Positions 24,835 to 37,787 of a DNA stretch of 64,000 nucleotides are shown here, piece after piece. The stretch's first letter is position 1; each line of letters starts with the position of its first letter. The stretch lies in assembly GCA_964036045.1 (NCBI GenBank), contig OZ038379.1, forward strand, positions 39,494,001-39,558,000, given 5' to 3'. The position numbers were made by a program, and so were the translations under genes. The notes under the pieces are model-generated. The model saw only the letters and a list, made by a program, of their open reading frames with translations, was not told where the DNA came from and ran no database searches. The stretch is from Eutreptiella sp. 'Long Island Sound 2002' (Eukaryota > Protista > Euglenida).

Positions 24835-27089
24835 GTGGTGTCACGTGTTGGAGTATGAAGTTACGAGAGGGGAGGGCGTTTGGGTAGCGGAGACCGGAAG
24901 CGGGACCACGATGGCACGGGCAGCAGCTAGGTGAGCGAGGCGAGGAGCCTCCGGCTCCCGACCCCCCCCCCCCCCTCAGGGCTACATGTTTGGCAGCCTA
25001 CAGCCCAACAAGCGGAAGCTGACCTCCCTAGAGACCTATGCTAAAAGCAATAATTTCTTTTGGTCGGAAAATGAATGTGTTCACTACAATTTGAACCATT
25101 TAGGGGGGGGGGTTGAGGGGTTTCGACTGGAGAAATTGCACCCCCAAGGGGTCCCTTCCGGCATCGGGTGCCCGGGAGTTGGGGGGGCAGTCTCAGCGGT
25201 CTCCTTGTGAAAAGATATTGAAATGGTCCACGCTTTTCACTTTTATCATCATTTTTCAATTAATCTTTGCAAAATTGGAAATTACAGCGTCGCCGACGTT
25301 ACTATTAACTTGCCACAAATTAACTCTTAATTGTGTAAAAATCAATCCTCCCCCAAAAAACCCCTACAAACACGCAGCGACACAACATATTCCTTTTTCA
25401 TCCATTCGGGTACGAGTTCTAGCCATCTTGGCCAATGCCGCAGGGAGCAAGGGACCTTGGCCCTCAACCCTGGCCATTGAACACTTGCACAGCAAGCACA
25501 GAGGATAATGATCTGCTACAGAGAACTGCGAGCACTGAAGACTGTGCGGCAAGCGCGGTTGGAGGTAAATGCGGTGAAGCAAACGTGACCCATGGTGGCC
25601 AAAGGGACCCCCCCCCCCCGATATAGGCGGGCGCGGTAGCAGGCCCGGCCCGACACGGCCTATTGGCGGGCCCAGGGGCACGGCCCTGGAGGGATGTTCG
25701 GGCAAGGCGCTACCTTAGTCCTGGATCCGGTCATGCCTGCACGGTACCTCCCCCCCCCTCTAGTGGGTACGGCGGCGCCCTCTTGCTCGGCACAGTGAGT
25801 GCAACAAGCAAAATGACGCGCCGCCACGTCGCGTACCCCCCGTACCGCACCCTCCCACCACTGTTCCCGTAACGGATGGGCCGTCACGGTTCACAGCCGT
25901 TTTCCCGCAACCGCCTGCGGACCTCGGAGCAGCGGGCGCACCCATGGATGGCGTGGAGCTACCTGGCGCCGGCCCTCCGCCTCTGGCTTGCCCATGTGAG
26001 CCGCGCACTGCGCCCCCACCTCCCATGCACAGAGTGGTCCCTTGCGATTTTTGCTGCGTGCTCCGCGCCCCTGAGGGGCCATTCCCCTGCCTCCTTAGCG
26101 TGGGGGACATCCTCAAGGGGTGCTTCCTCAACGGGACGGCCATGGTGGCGCACCCCAGATGGGGGCTATCTGCGCTGCAGCGCGTTCCCTAGGGCCTAGC
26201 GGTGTCACGCCCCGCGCTCCACGAGGCCCTCAGCCGGCGGCCCCGCTCTTGCGGTTCCCCGGCCTCCATTGCAGGGTGGGCGCGCAGCCCTCTCTGGTAG
26301 CCCCCATGCTTGCGCCCCTATGGGACCTGGGTCCCCTCCCCGTCCGCCGCGCCGGAGCTGCCGCCCGCAGGCTCGGGCCAGCGCCCCCCAGCGCTGGGTG
26401 CTCCTGGTCGATGCGGTGGAACAACAAGGCGGAGGGCTCCGGGGGCCATTGGGTGTCTGTCACCCACAACGGCACCGCGAGGTGCCGCCTCCGCGGTGAC
26501 AGATCCACTGCCGCGCCCCCGGACCCGCTTGCGGCCGCCGGGGCAGTGCTCGCCTGCATGCCGCGGGTGTACGCCGTGTGCTATGCGGGGACGCCCGCCC
26601 CGGGGTCGCCCCAGCAACCCCCGCCACACCGGTACCCCGGCGCGCGGGACGACGCCAACGCTCGAGTTTGGCTTGCAGCCCGCGCACTCGTAGAGGCGTG
26701 GTGGCGGCGCCGTAGGGTGCACGTCGTGTTCCAGGCGCGATGACCCAGGCTTCTGGGCACCGGGCGGTCGTCCAATGAGGCCATCGTGGCCCTCCCCCCT
26801 CCCCACTCTCGTCCCCCCTGCCCCGTCACTCCCCCCCCCCCCCCCAACCCGCGGCACGGCGACAGGCCTGCATTGCGGCCCGCGGGAGCGGCCGGGAGCG
26901 CAAAATATGTATGGCCGGCCGATATGCAGAGTCGTCCGGAAAGCCATCGTGCGCGCCCCAGGCGGCCTGTGACCTTCGAGATTGGCCCTCAAATCAAATC
27001 AAATCAAATCCCCCCCTTACCTCCCCCAAGTAACCCCCCCCTCCCGTAGCCGTGCCTCGTCTGGATTCGCTCGATGTGGGGGCCACACT

Positions 27090-27520
27090 GTGCACCCCCG
27101 CTTTAAATAACAAGATTCTTGCGGTGGCCACACACCGCCTGGTGTGTGCATTGCCTTGTGTGTGCCCTACCTTGTGTGTGCACCACTTTGTGTGGGCATC
27201 GCCAAATCTTGCCTTGGCTCGCTTTGCTTCACGTGGGGGCCAGCCCTCGCAACCCCGTGTAAATAACAAGACTCTTGCGGTGGCTACACAATGCCTGTTG
27301 TGTGCACCGCCTTGTGCAGGCACCGACTTGTGTGTGAACCGCCAAACGTTCCATTGCCTCGGCTCGCTTCGCTCGACAAACGGCTCCCGTCGCTTGATGC
27401 GGGGGCCAGCCCCTCCATCCCCGCTTAAATAACAAGACTCCTGCGTTGGATACGGACCGCCTTTCGTGTGCACCGCCTTGTGTATGCACTGCCCTCCGTG
27501 TGCACCACCTTGTGTGTGAA
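27090..27520. repeat. Three ~160-bp degenerate tandem units rich in TGTGTGCAC
   Basis: CCCCG...AAATAACAAGA(T/C)TC at about 27097, 27253 and 27419. Confidence 0.8.
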
Positions 27521-30500
27521 CCGCCAAGCCCCCCTCCCCCCGGTAGCCCCCCCCGTACCTACCTACCTTACCTCCCCCCCCAACCTGCCCCCATGACCTC
27601 TGCCCCGGTCCCTCCTGTGTCCCACGTATCCCCGCCCCCATCTTCTCCCCGTACCCCCCTCCCTAGCTCCGATGTGGGGGGGGGGGGCGCGACTTCGTGC
27701 CGTATATGTTCTACCCCCTGAGGGCTACACGGGCGAACCGCGGAGGACATGCCGCGGATGGGGAAAGAGTTTAGCCAATGTTCACCGCACCATCCGGCAC
27801 GCTCCACTTGGAGGTACTGAAATCAGGTGGCCTATTTTGTGGTCCCGTAGCTTATGCGGGGGGAGGGGGGGGGGTGATGTGGTCCCTTGGGGCGGAGGCA
27901 GGGGCCCAACAGAAAACCCCCATTGGCAACTACTCATATCGTTTCATGGCAACTGTAAAATTTGGAAACCTCCACTCGTTCTGAAAAAGCCCATGATGCC
28001 CTTGTGTTAGGTTTCATTGATTCTTTGGTGACATTACACCCAATTGAGCACCCATGGGGACCGCGGTATTGCCTCCCGTACCCATGTAGCCCGGGCCATG
28101 TGCCGCCCACAAGTGAGTGTCAATTTTTCTTCGCTGCTATCATTTTGCAGGATGACCGGGGGCCGGTTGCCCTGATTAAGATGTTGCAACGGCGTAACAA
28201 GTGAAGCCTCAACCGAAGTGTGCACTTGACGATGGAGATGTAGCAACTTTGGGACCCAATTTGGGACGAACTAGCGTGCTCACACACCAACAAGGCATTA
28301 GCCTCGTCTCTTGTACCCTCACCAATTGGTCCAGAACAAGTAACACTCTTTGCTTTGTTTCTTGAACCCGCAACGCACTGCATCACAGAACGTCTCCAAA
28401 ATTTTTTTGACGGCTACTTCGTGCAACCCATGGACCATGGCACCTTGTGGCCCTTTTCTTGCAGGCTATGACATCGCTTGCACACTACCTTTTGAAGAAC
28501 GCTATTCAAAAATCCTGCACCCTTTAGTTACTTGTAGATGTGGAGAATCTCAATTTGGCACCCCCCCGAGGAGACATTCGCCATCCTACAACACCTTGGA
28601 TTGCAACAATTATCGTCATTACCTCTGTGTGAATTACCTCATCTCAAGGTCTGCTCGCTGCTTCGGTTACTGTTGCTGACTGTCCCACACGGTCGAAGAA
28701 TTTGCAGTACCTTTCACACAAGAACCCTTGAATCCATACTTACTACAAACCATCACTCAAGCATTGTTCGGATCCGTGATGTCATTGAGGCAATAGACTT
28801 TGTAATCGGCCCCTCTCACCAAGGGTGCTCATGCATGAGATCTTACGCAATATAATTTGCACACTTGAAGCAAGTGTTCTATTGCCCCTATGAATGCCTC
28901 TTCGAAGGCACACAATGTCCATCATGTGCAAGCGGGCTCAACCACGTTTGTGAACGTCGGTCAAAGCGAATTGTGGACGAGATGACTAAGCAAGCAGGCG
29001 GCGACCATCCGATGATTCGAGGTATGCAAGTATAACCAACACACATCACCCTTGATATGACCACTAAGCGACTCCCCCTAGTGTCAACGATTGCCAAAAT
29101 TGAAGGTTCTAGCCATCTTTCCGATCCATAGGTCCAATGCTACAATCGAACAATGTAAAAAAAAGTGTGGGTGATCTTGGGGGTGGCCATATGTATAACC
29201 CTCGGACGCACGAAAATCGTTGGCGACAACCCACTCTCCAAGGAACAAAAACATTATTTTATTTGATCATACAGGCCAAGGAAGTCGAGAGCCAAGTTGA
29301 GGAGCTAGGGAATGAGATCACAGTCCAAGTCATGATGAATCATACAAACCGTGGACCTACGTTAATTTATAAATTGGCGCCGCCGAAAAAGGCATTTTCG
29401 GAATACCGAGAAATGTGGACTTCTAATGTCATCACCAAGCAACACAAATACGTCGTGCAACAACAAAAAGTCCTCCTCCTCCAATACAAGGAAACCGTCC
29501 ATAAAATGCTCTGCACACCAATGACCGTGTCACCTGTCAAGAAGAAATAGAGCTGCATTGAGACGTATATCATCCCTAAGAAACAGCCCTCACTGATGCC
29601 ATTTGGGCTTGCCATGTGTTGTAAAAGTACCAAGCAACAATAGCCATAGAGCAAACAAAACAGTCTGTCCGTGAAACTCACCCTTTGCACTACACTCGTT
29701 CATCGAGAGGAACAACTGCTCATGATGCAATTTGCCTAGCTGCATAACGTTGCTGTGCTCCCATAAGGTGTTACTTTTGCTACCTTTGTTCCTTTTTCTA
29801 CAGAGGGCTGGCTAGAACCTGGAAAGGAATACCCTCCTTCACCCGAGATGATCCTTCTCGCATTTTCCTGCTTCTATGGGAATGCCCTGCATGCAGTGCG
29901 CACACAGTGCGAAGTTTTGGATGTCGGCCAATACTCGGACCCTACTTTTGGCCCCTTGGGACAAGTTTTTGGTTCCATACTGGGTTTTTTTTAGCTTCCT
30001 ATGCATTTGGGATGCGGCAGATTTGAATTGTCACCCTTTGTTGCCCAATGTCAACCATTTTTACCCATTTTCAATCCCCCATATTGAAGTCTCCTTACTA
30101 TGGGGACCCCGAGAAGGCAGGGGTGATGTAGCCATACATAGCCCGTGGACTTTGAGGAGTTTGTGGTACAGCCTTCATCCCCACCACATCACTCACCTCG
30201 CTCGCCATCAACAAGTGTATCGCGTCCACGCTCGGAATCACCACCGCCCTCGCCTTCACCCTATTCGCGGTCCCCATCACCCAGGAGGCCACGGAGAACG
30301 CATTCCCTGCGCTCCGAGTCAAGGGACATCTCATCGCTGCCTCCGAGAGCGAAGCCACCGGGACTGAAACACTCAAAGCAAGCGGACTTTACAAGGCTAA
30401 GTGGGACAGTGGAGTACCAAGTTGAAGGCGGTTTCGTCCTTCTCATGTGGGTTTTGTTGCTTTGCTTTGCAACCAGTCAGGTGACAGGTATTCTTGAGCG

Positions 30501-30529
30501 AGTATGCCGGCCTTTGCGTGTGCAGTATG

Positions 30530-30584
30530 CACGCAGTGCACACGCAGTGCCCACGCAGTGCACACGCAGTGCGCACGCAGTGCA
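30530..30584. repeat. (CACGCAGTGCN)5 11-bp minisatellite
   Basis: Five consecutive units, directly visible. Confidence 0.95.
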
Positions 30585-30639
30585 GGTACTTGGCCTATTT
30601 CGAATTTCTGGCTGGTCAGTACGGACTTAGACATGGCAG

Positions 30640-31991
30640 CGTGGATCACAACAGTCAACACGTTACATGGGCTGTTATAGCCCAACTGCAGGAACGTACT
30701 TGTGGAGATCACAAATCTAGTGCCTTTTGCGCAATGGTGTCAAGCCCAATTCAACTAATCTTCATGCACACCTAAACGCTTTTCAACGCAAACTGGACCA
30801 CTCAAGGCGACAGATGACCACAAAAAAGATTTTTGCGGCCCGATGCAAACATCACACTCCGTTTCCTAAAGACTGAAACCAGCGAGGTACTGTTCTCGGA
30901 TGTTTTCCCGAGGACATACCCCGTAGCGGAAATCATGCAAGGTTCCCAATACAGTCGCACACTCCTAAGCCGCGCACATGTTGGAAAACAACCTGACACA
31001 AACAATGCTCAAACCGGGAATGAAAGTCTTGCAGTGCTTCAGCGTACCCGGACAAGTCAGCTTGAGGCAGCAAAACATGCCAAAAAATTCTCCTCCTACA
31101 GTAGACCCAACACTGTGTGTCACACCTTCGTCCACATTTGTTTTTAGAAAAGACTTTGTTGCTCTCATTTCCATACCGGAAATTGACGGATCTGCTTATG
31201 CACAGCGTCACACCGTGTTCGATGTTTTCTAAAAATAACAGCCAAAGAAAACGACGCAAAGCACCTTTGCTGCATTGTCCGACGTGCCCTAGCCGACATT
31301 TCAGGCCCTATCCAACTCTGGGTAACGAGGTACAACTAATTGCGGTTAGGCCTCTCCACTAAGAGTGCCATAAATGACTTTATATGTAGTCATTGCATTC
31401 GAATGAAGGCTGATCGCCTCCTTTTCAACGATGCAAGGGCGGGTGAACAAATATATTTCACGCCCACACAGGGCGTCAAAGAAGGGTGCCCTTGCTCCCC
31501 GCTTCTGGTAGCCATTGTATACGAGTTGTTGATCAAGCATTCGCTCGCCAAGTACCCGGACTGTTTCAGATTTGTCCATGATATGGCCATCATTGTCAAA
31601 GAGTATTCCCAGTAGGAACAACTGCTCACCGACGTCTCCGTTTGGGGTTCCCAGATTGGGATGCAGTTCAATGCTAACAAAACGGAAGTGTACCACTTTC
31701 CACGGACCACGGGCCTCAGCCGCTGCCTCAAGAGGTGCTGAACAAGCAAAACACATATGGTAGGGACAACATCGCCTCTTGTTCAAAGACCCAAGGTTCC
31801 CTTCTTTGGGCCACACGATTGCTAGCATTGGGTACCGGGGTATTGCCAAGGACCCCCTCTTCGCCGCCCTACAGCCCCAAGTTGCAACATTTACCATTCT
31901 CCCCTTGAAAAGCTCCAAACAACCACAAATTGTAAATTCGGTGCTCATCCCCAAATGGGTGTATAAGACGTTGTTTATGTGGGAGGTATTT
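30640..31991 (+). mobile_element. Older, decayed copy of LINE family A, 5' part (APE and RT remnants); continues at 49585
   Basis: LQE motif near 30685. DVFPRTYPVAEIMQGSQYS resembles DAFVETHPYNVLMGDFNDS in the younger copy. QGVKEGCPCSPLL (about 31470-31510) and QIVNSVLIPKWVYKTLFMWEVF are colinear with 46400-46945. 5' boundary approximate. Confidence 0.85.
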
Positions 31992-31994
31992 CGG

Positions 31995-32018
31995 TCTGAG
32001 TGTCTATTTTTTTTTTCG
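31995..32018 (+). other. Retrocopied euglenid spliced-leader exon
   Basis: TCTGAGTGTCTATTTTTTTTTTCG matches the 3' part of the Euglena SL as I recall it (ACTTTCTGAGTGTCTATTTTTTTTCG), with two extra T. It is followed 9 nt later by ATG 32028 and not by the SL-RNA intron GT. Confidence 0.9.
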
Positions 32019-32027
32019 ACAGCAATC

Positions 32028-34301
32028 ATGACCTGTCACCCGACATCCCGGCGGTAAGTCCTTCGCAGCGGCCACGCCACCAGAAGGACAGGCATTAAGT
32101 TCGGGTTCAGCCGGCCCCCGATGCAGTCCCAGCCCAGAGCCAGCCCAGTCCCAGTCCCATCCTCGATGTTGACCTCGGCCTGCGTCACCCAATTCGCTGC
32201 ATCCCCTGTGGCCATTTTCAGCGCCTATGACCGCAGGGCTACCGAGTTGGACGCCATGTTCCCCACGGCGCCCCAATATAACGGAGGGTACGGGGCAGGG
32301 ACGGACCCCAGTGAGTACACGTACGGGTTCGCCCTCAACAACTTCTCCCCAGCCCCAGCCCCGCTAACGACCTCCACCTATATCGCCGAGTTCGCACCGC
32401 CGCCAGCGGACAAGTTCACTGCCTACGGCCGCAATGATGCCGAGTTGTCCGCGTGGTACGTCGCTGACTACAACAAGTGGTCGGACCCATTCTCTGAGCG
32501 CCCCACTTCCGCCTACCTGACAGGTGTGCACCCTGGTGAGTTGATCCACGCCCGTGGGACTACCGAGTATTCTGGTTTCCGGCCCGACGAGCCTGTACGG
32601 CTTGAGGCTGGTGACCAGATCTCCCAGATATCCCAGGAGGGGGACCTGAACTACTTTGACAACTCTTCCCTGACCCACGCCAAGTCCATCCTTGTCGTCC
32701 TCGCCTGTCAGGTGCTGTTGACGGGTGCCGTTCAGGCCTACCATGCCAACCAGGCTGTCCCTGCCAGCGAAGGCCTTAAGCTGCGGCCTGGTGGGCCCTT
32801 TGATCCTCTGGGCCTAGCTGAAGCTCCTCACAGCCCCACCGAGTTGAAAGCCAAGGAGTCCAGGAACGGCCGCTTGGCCATTATCAGTATGCTGGCCTAC
32901 GCCGTCCAAATCATCGTGCCCGGTGAGGGCCCAGCTAGGAACTGGGCTGCCTGCGCCGCTCACGCCCCCGGCGCCAACGATCTGTCCCTCGTTCTGATGG
33001 GCCAGGTCACACCATCCCGTGTGGCCATGTTTGCCGCTTGTGGCCACAACGCTGCAGAGTTTTCTGCCTGGTACGGCTCTGACTGCAGCGAGTGGTTGGA
33101 CCCTGAGCGTCCCACTTGTGTCTACCTGATAGGTGTGTACCTTGGTGACTGCAGGTGGGGCACTGCTGATTTGGGTGCTGACCGAATCACCCTGGAGCAG
33201 TACCGTAAAGCTGAGTTGATCCACGCCCGTTGGGCCCTGCTGGATATTAAGGGCTGCTCGGCTCCTGAGATCCTGGCCAACATCACTGGTTCCCAGCTCA
33301 GTGGACCCGCGTGTTTCCAGACTGGTGTTGAGATCTCACAGGAGGGTAGCAGCAACCCTTCCCTGATCCACGCCACGCCCATTTTTGCCGTATTGACCTG
33401 TCGGGCGCTGTTGCAGGGTGCCGCTGATGCCCACCATGCCAACCAGGCTGGCCGTGCTAGTGAAGATCCTGGTTTGTTGCACGGTAGCACCTTCAACCCC
33501 CTGGGGCTGGCCGACGGTCCTGACAGTCTCGCCGAGTTTAAGGAGGTCCAGAAACGACGTTTGGCCATGTTCTCCATGCTGGGTTTCTCTGTCCAGGCCA
33601 TCGTGACCAGTGAGGGCCCAGTTGGAAGCTGGGCTACCCACGTAGCTGACGTTTTCAGCTCCTACAGTCTGTCCCTTGCTCTGATGGACCAGGTTGATGC
33701 TTCCTTTGAGGCCATGCTAGCCGCCTGTGACCGGGTCTCTGACAACCTGACTGCCTGGTACAGACCTGAGCGCAATGAGTGGTTGAGCCCGTCCCCCGAT
33801 ATCTCCGCCCCTTATTACCTGACTGGTGAGTTCCCTGGCAATCCCAGTTGTCTGGCCGCCATGGCCTCTGTACAGCAGACGCAGGGGCCGTTTCACATGC
33901 CCCCAGACCACGCCCCAGTCCCGGTCCCAGTTGTATTTCAGTGTGCAGCAGCCCACGGCCTCGCACCACTGTTAGGCGCAGCAGGCACTAGCCTCGCGTC
34001 GGGGCACTGCACTGGCGAGCTCAGCCCCCCCCCTCCCTTGGGGTCACGTCCGCTGGGCCACATTTGGCACCCTCCCCTGGGACTGTACTTGCTGCCCCTG
34101 GCCAAAATATGGACACTGTGGCAGCCTGGTACAATCCTCTCCACAACACGCAACCAGCCCCTTTCCCGGCTAGGAGTCATGCCGAGGCGCATGGGGCCCA
34201 TGATGCATATGGAGACCTGGTGGATGCTGACGGTCTGCCCCTTTCCTTTCCAGCAGTGTAGGGAGACCAGGGTGCAGCAGGCCACGACCTCGCACCATTG
34301 A
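32028..34301 (+). pseudogene. Lhcb: Intronless, diverged LHCII (chlorophyll a/b) polyprotein-derived ORF
   Basis: ATG 32028 is in frame with the 726-aa ORF 32121-34301, with one TAA at 32055. Motifs include AWY..D...W, ELIHARW, PGGPFDPLGLA, KESRNGRLA and GEGP. Three units (partly deleted, near-complete, N-terminus only) are joined by VAMFAA (33021) and EAMLAA (33708) linkers. LHC similarity ends near 33870. Confidence 0.9.
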
Positions 34302-35448
34302 GTCTTGACGCCGCAGGCACGAGCCTCGCGTCTAGCCACCCGGTCCCCGTCTCCACGTACCCGTTGGGCTTGACGGACGACCCTTTCGCCCTCGCTGCCG
34401 CTGGCTACCTGGACACTGCTCACTTCGACAAGCCGGCGTGGCCCACAGCTAGCCCTCCTCGAGATCTCTTCGCAACAGGCACTAATCCGACGCCGACGTC
34501 TGTATCTGAAGTGCACTGGGGGCAGTTGGAGCAACCCCCCGACTCCACCACTACCGCGCCGCCCACATGCCCCTACGACCTGGGCAGCATGTGCGAACGC
34601 GTGTTTACACGAACGGCGTTGGGGGGCAAACGTCGTCACCCCTCCGACACCGACTCCTCCGCCTCCTCGGACACAACCTCTACGGCCTCCACCTCTTCAT
34701 CCCCACGCCGCGATCCAAAATCCAAAAAACACAAGAAACACAAACGACACCACAAGCGCAAAAAACAGAAAAGACACCCCCCCTCCGCCCTTCCCCCTCC
34801 CCTCCAACCGTACCCCTACCCGTACACATACCCGTACTATACACCACAGTAGCACCCACCCCCCCAGTCACTACAGCCACACTACGAGCAACTAACCCCG
34901 CAACCACAAACCCCGCAGCCACAAACCCCGGGCCCGACGCCATATCAACCACACCCACATTCCCCACAGTTCTATTCGTATTACTATCCGTCCTACACCC
35001 AGCCAACGCACCAACCCTACCACTCCCATCCGGACCAATCCCCGCACATCCCGTCCCCGCACAACACCTCCGAACCACCCACCCAACACCCATACCAGCA
35101 CGACCCCTACCAGGCTTCGCCGCACTCCCATCAGCATTATCACGCAAACTACCACCAGAACCACACGCACCCCTACCAACATGACCCGTACTCCGGTCCA
35201 CAGCATCATCAGGCTACTCAATCCCATAGCCAGCATCCCTCCTTCGAGCATCCACCATGTACCTGCGGCTCACTGGTGGCTAAGTGGAAATGTAAAGTTG
35301 GGGCTCATTTGGGGCTCAGTTGTGCATTGCGATGTCTTTGTGCTTGTTTGTTGTGCGTTTTGCATGCTACGTAATGTGCATTTAATGTTTTTAGAAGTTT
35401 TAGATACTCACTTGGTTAGGGTTCAAGGTGGGGCGTACTTTTTTTGGC

Positions 35449-37787
35449 GACGGCTCAGTTGAATGAGCGCCCGATTGAGCCGTCACTGAGCCGTCACTGA
35501 GCCGGCTCAGTGAGCGCTCAGTGAGCGCTCAGTGAGCGCGCCAAATGGCTCAGTGAGCGCTGAGTGAGAGCTAATTGGGGGCTCACTCAGAGGGTTCCCC
35601 CCCCTTTCCGCCTCTCCTCCGCCCCCCTATCCGCCTACCCATCCATTCATTCTCGCTCCCATAGGTCCTATCTTTCACACCATGTCTAATGTTGTCCCAG
35701 GCCTGGAACCGGCAGCTTCAAAGGCTCTCGCGTCTTTCCTTAGTCGCCCCCGGGTACCTACCGCTTTCACAGAGGCAGCGTACCCAGGGGTGCCTTCGAC
35801 GGACCTAGAGCCCTTGAAGCTGTGGGCCCAGCAGCTCCCTGCCCCTTCCCCAGAAGTGGTCCACATCAACGTGTCCGATGTGACCCTTCTTGGAAAGAGC
35901 TGGATGCACCGGCGCAACCAAATGTTGCGCCAGGTGCAGCCAGCTCTTCGTGCCGTACGCTTCCGCTTTCCTGTGGCTGCTGTCCAAGATTTGGTGCAGC
36001 AGTCCTCAGGAAAGCTCATCGGTACCCCCCACGAGTTCGGGACACGGGTTCATGACACCAAAGATCTCCAACACGGTTGGACTTTAGATCTTGGTGTCAG
36101 CCACGTGGCACCCAAGAAGGGACTCCTTGAGCCCCTGCCTTTCGGGGTCGGGGTGGTGTCACGGGAATGGTGGGAAAGCCGGGGGGGAGTATGAGATGCA
36201 AGGGGCGTACTGCAATATTGCTGAGCGGCTAGCCCTGCTCTATGAAGCGCGTGCCGTACGCACACCGGAAGCCTTGCAACCGGGCGCGCAGCGCAACACC
36301 TGGGTAACCATCGGCGTTGACGGCAGCAACCGGTGGAATCGGGCCAACGTGCACTGTGCAGTGGCTGCACCGGGTTGTGGGCCCACACAGCTTGCTAGCT
36401 GGTGGCTGTTCGAGGGTAGCGAGATGTTGGCCACGGTGTACAGCATGCAATCGGAGTGTGACTTCGATACGCAGCTCCGCGCTGCTACGGCCCTGCAACT
36501 GCCGCATGCGGATGGGGTGGCGCATAGCCCCCTATCCTTCGTCCGGGCCGATGGCAACGCCCACATCATGCTGGCCGGCGGGGACGGCTTCACCAAGAAG
36601 AGCCCCGGGGCCATGGTGTGCCACTGCTGCGGGGCAAACAGTGAAACGGTTTTGCGCAAGTTCGGGGGACAAAAGGTTGCCCTGGAAGGAATCAAGGGAC
36701 ATGTACGGCTGACCGGGGTGTTTCCTGACATCCCGGCGGCCGCCGCATTCCTCACTTTGGTGCGCATGGAGTCATGCGTGTTGCCATTGCGGGGGTCAGT
36801 GGAATTGTGCGGGGGCTGGTGACCCATGGAGGGGTATCGAGGAAGAGTGCGGCCACCATGGTGCAGGGGGTTGTAAACGGGGCACGGAAAGTGGCCCGCA
36901 CGGTGCGGCCTGGAAAGTGGGGGGCGGACAAGGCAAATGCCAAAGGACAAGTGCGCATGGAGTTGGGGGCTGCTGCGCACTTTGTCAAGGCCCGGCTGTG
37001 GGGCCCACTGTTGCAGCTGGTTGCACCGGTGATTGGGAACCATCAAGTGGGGGGCAGGCCATGGGTTGATGTGTGCACGGAGTGGTGGGAGGCGTTTGCG
37101 GCCATGGCCGAGGTGGCCTGGAAGGACAACTTAAGGAGTGGTGCAGAGCAACGTGCCTTGCTGCAACGCCAACGGACCATGGGGGCAAGGCACCTTGACC
37201 TAGGATGGGGGAAGACCTTGTGGACGCATATGTGGGTTGACCACATGTATGCGTATATTGCACGGTGGGGGACCATTGCAAGGTTTAGTTGCTTTGCATT
37301 GTAGGGCAGCCATGTGCGACTGAAACGGTTGCTTAGGAATAGTGGGGGGGTTAGCTTGCTGACCGATAGGTCCGGCTTGCAGTGTGTGGTGGATAACCAC
37401 ACACTAGATGATAACCTCCGCAAGGAAGGTTGGGAGGTGGAAAGTAGGGCCGTGACCAAGCAAAGGGGGTTCCAACGACGGTGCATGACTTGGTCACGTG
37501 CCTGGCGGGAGAGGAAGGGGAGAGAGAACATGGTGAGGAGGATTGTGGAATGTGCATTGCGACAAAGGACCAAGTAAGTGCTTATGATGGATGATTTGTG
37601 CCCGTGCATATTAAGTGAGCCCTGAGTGAGCCCTCAATTAGCTCCCACTGAGCGCCCACTGAGCGCTCACTGAGCCATTTGGCGCGCTCACTGAGCGCTC
37701 AGTGAGCCCTCAGTGAGCGCTCAGTGGGCCGGCTCAGTGACGGCTCAGTAACGGCTCAGTCGGGGTGCTCAATCAACTGAGCCGTCG
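35449..37787. repeat. Inner ~150-bp inverted repeats built from CTCAGTGAGCG/CACTGAGC units
   Basis: About 35449-35590 versus 37610-37787 (CGACGGCTCAGTTGA...GGCGCGCCAAATGGCTCAGTGAGCG). Confidence 0.9.
35682..37577 (+). pseudogene. DDE transposase with RAG1/Transib-type catalytic and Zn motifs (two frameshifts, one nonsense codon)
   Basis: TIGVDGS (D at 36319); VRADG (D at 36550); CHCC (36619-36630); GAHG (H at 36765); TLWTHMWVDHMYAYIARWGTIARFSCFAL* with HxxxxH at 37227/37242. TAG at 37302 sits exactly 20 codons after the second His, where RAG1 has catalytic E962 after H942. Confidence 0.75.

Noticed and set aside
25560-26990. GC-rich overlapping ORFs as genes
   Set aside because: All six frames are open because of very high GC; I recognise no domain.
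28525-28570. DVENLNLAP as a decayed 2A motif
   Set aside because: It needs several substitutions and an extra codon, and no convincing APE follows.
31995-32018. SL RNA gene
   Set aside because: The SL is followed by an mRNA-like ACAGCAATCATG, not the GT-starting SL intron, and there is no tandem SL/5S context.
32054-32090. GTAAGT as a conventional intron donor removing the early stop
   Set aside because: Without any splicing the frame already continues into the long ORF, so a single nonsense mutation is simpler. Transcript data would be needed.
32121-34301. Functional host LHCII gene
   Set aside because: It has no introns, no recognisable targeting presequence, deleted helix segments and altered chlorophyll ligands, and it lies inside a TSD-bounded retro-insertion.
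34924-34935. NPGP as another 2A motif
   Set aside because: It lacks the upstream D-x-E (context ATNPGP) and is not in the frame that joins the flanking ORFs.
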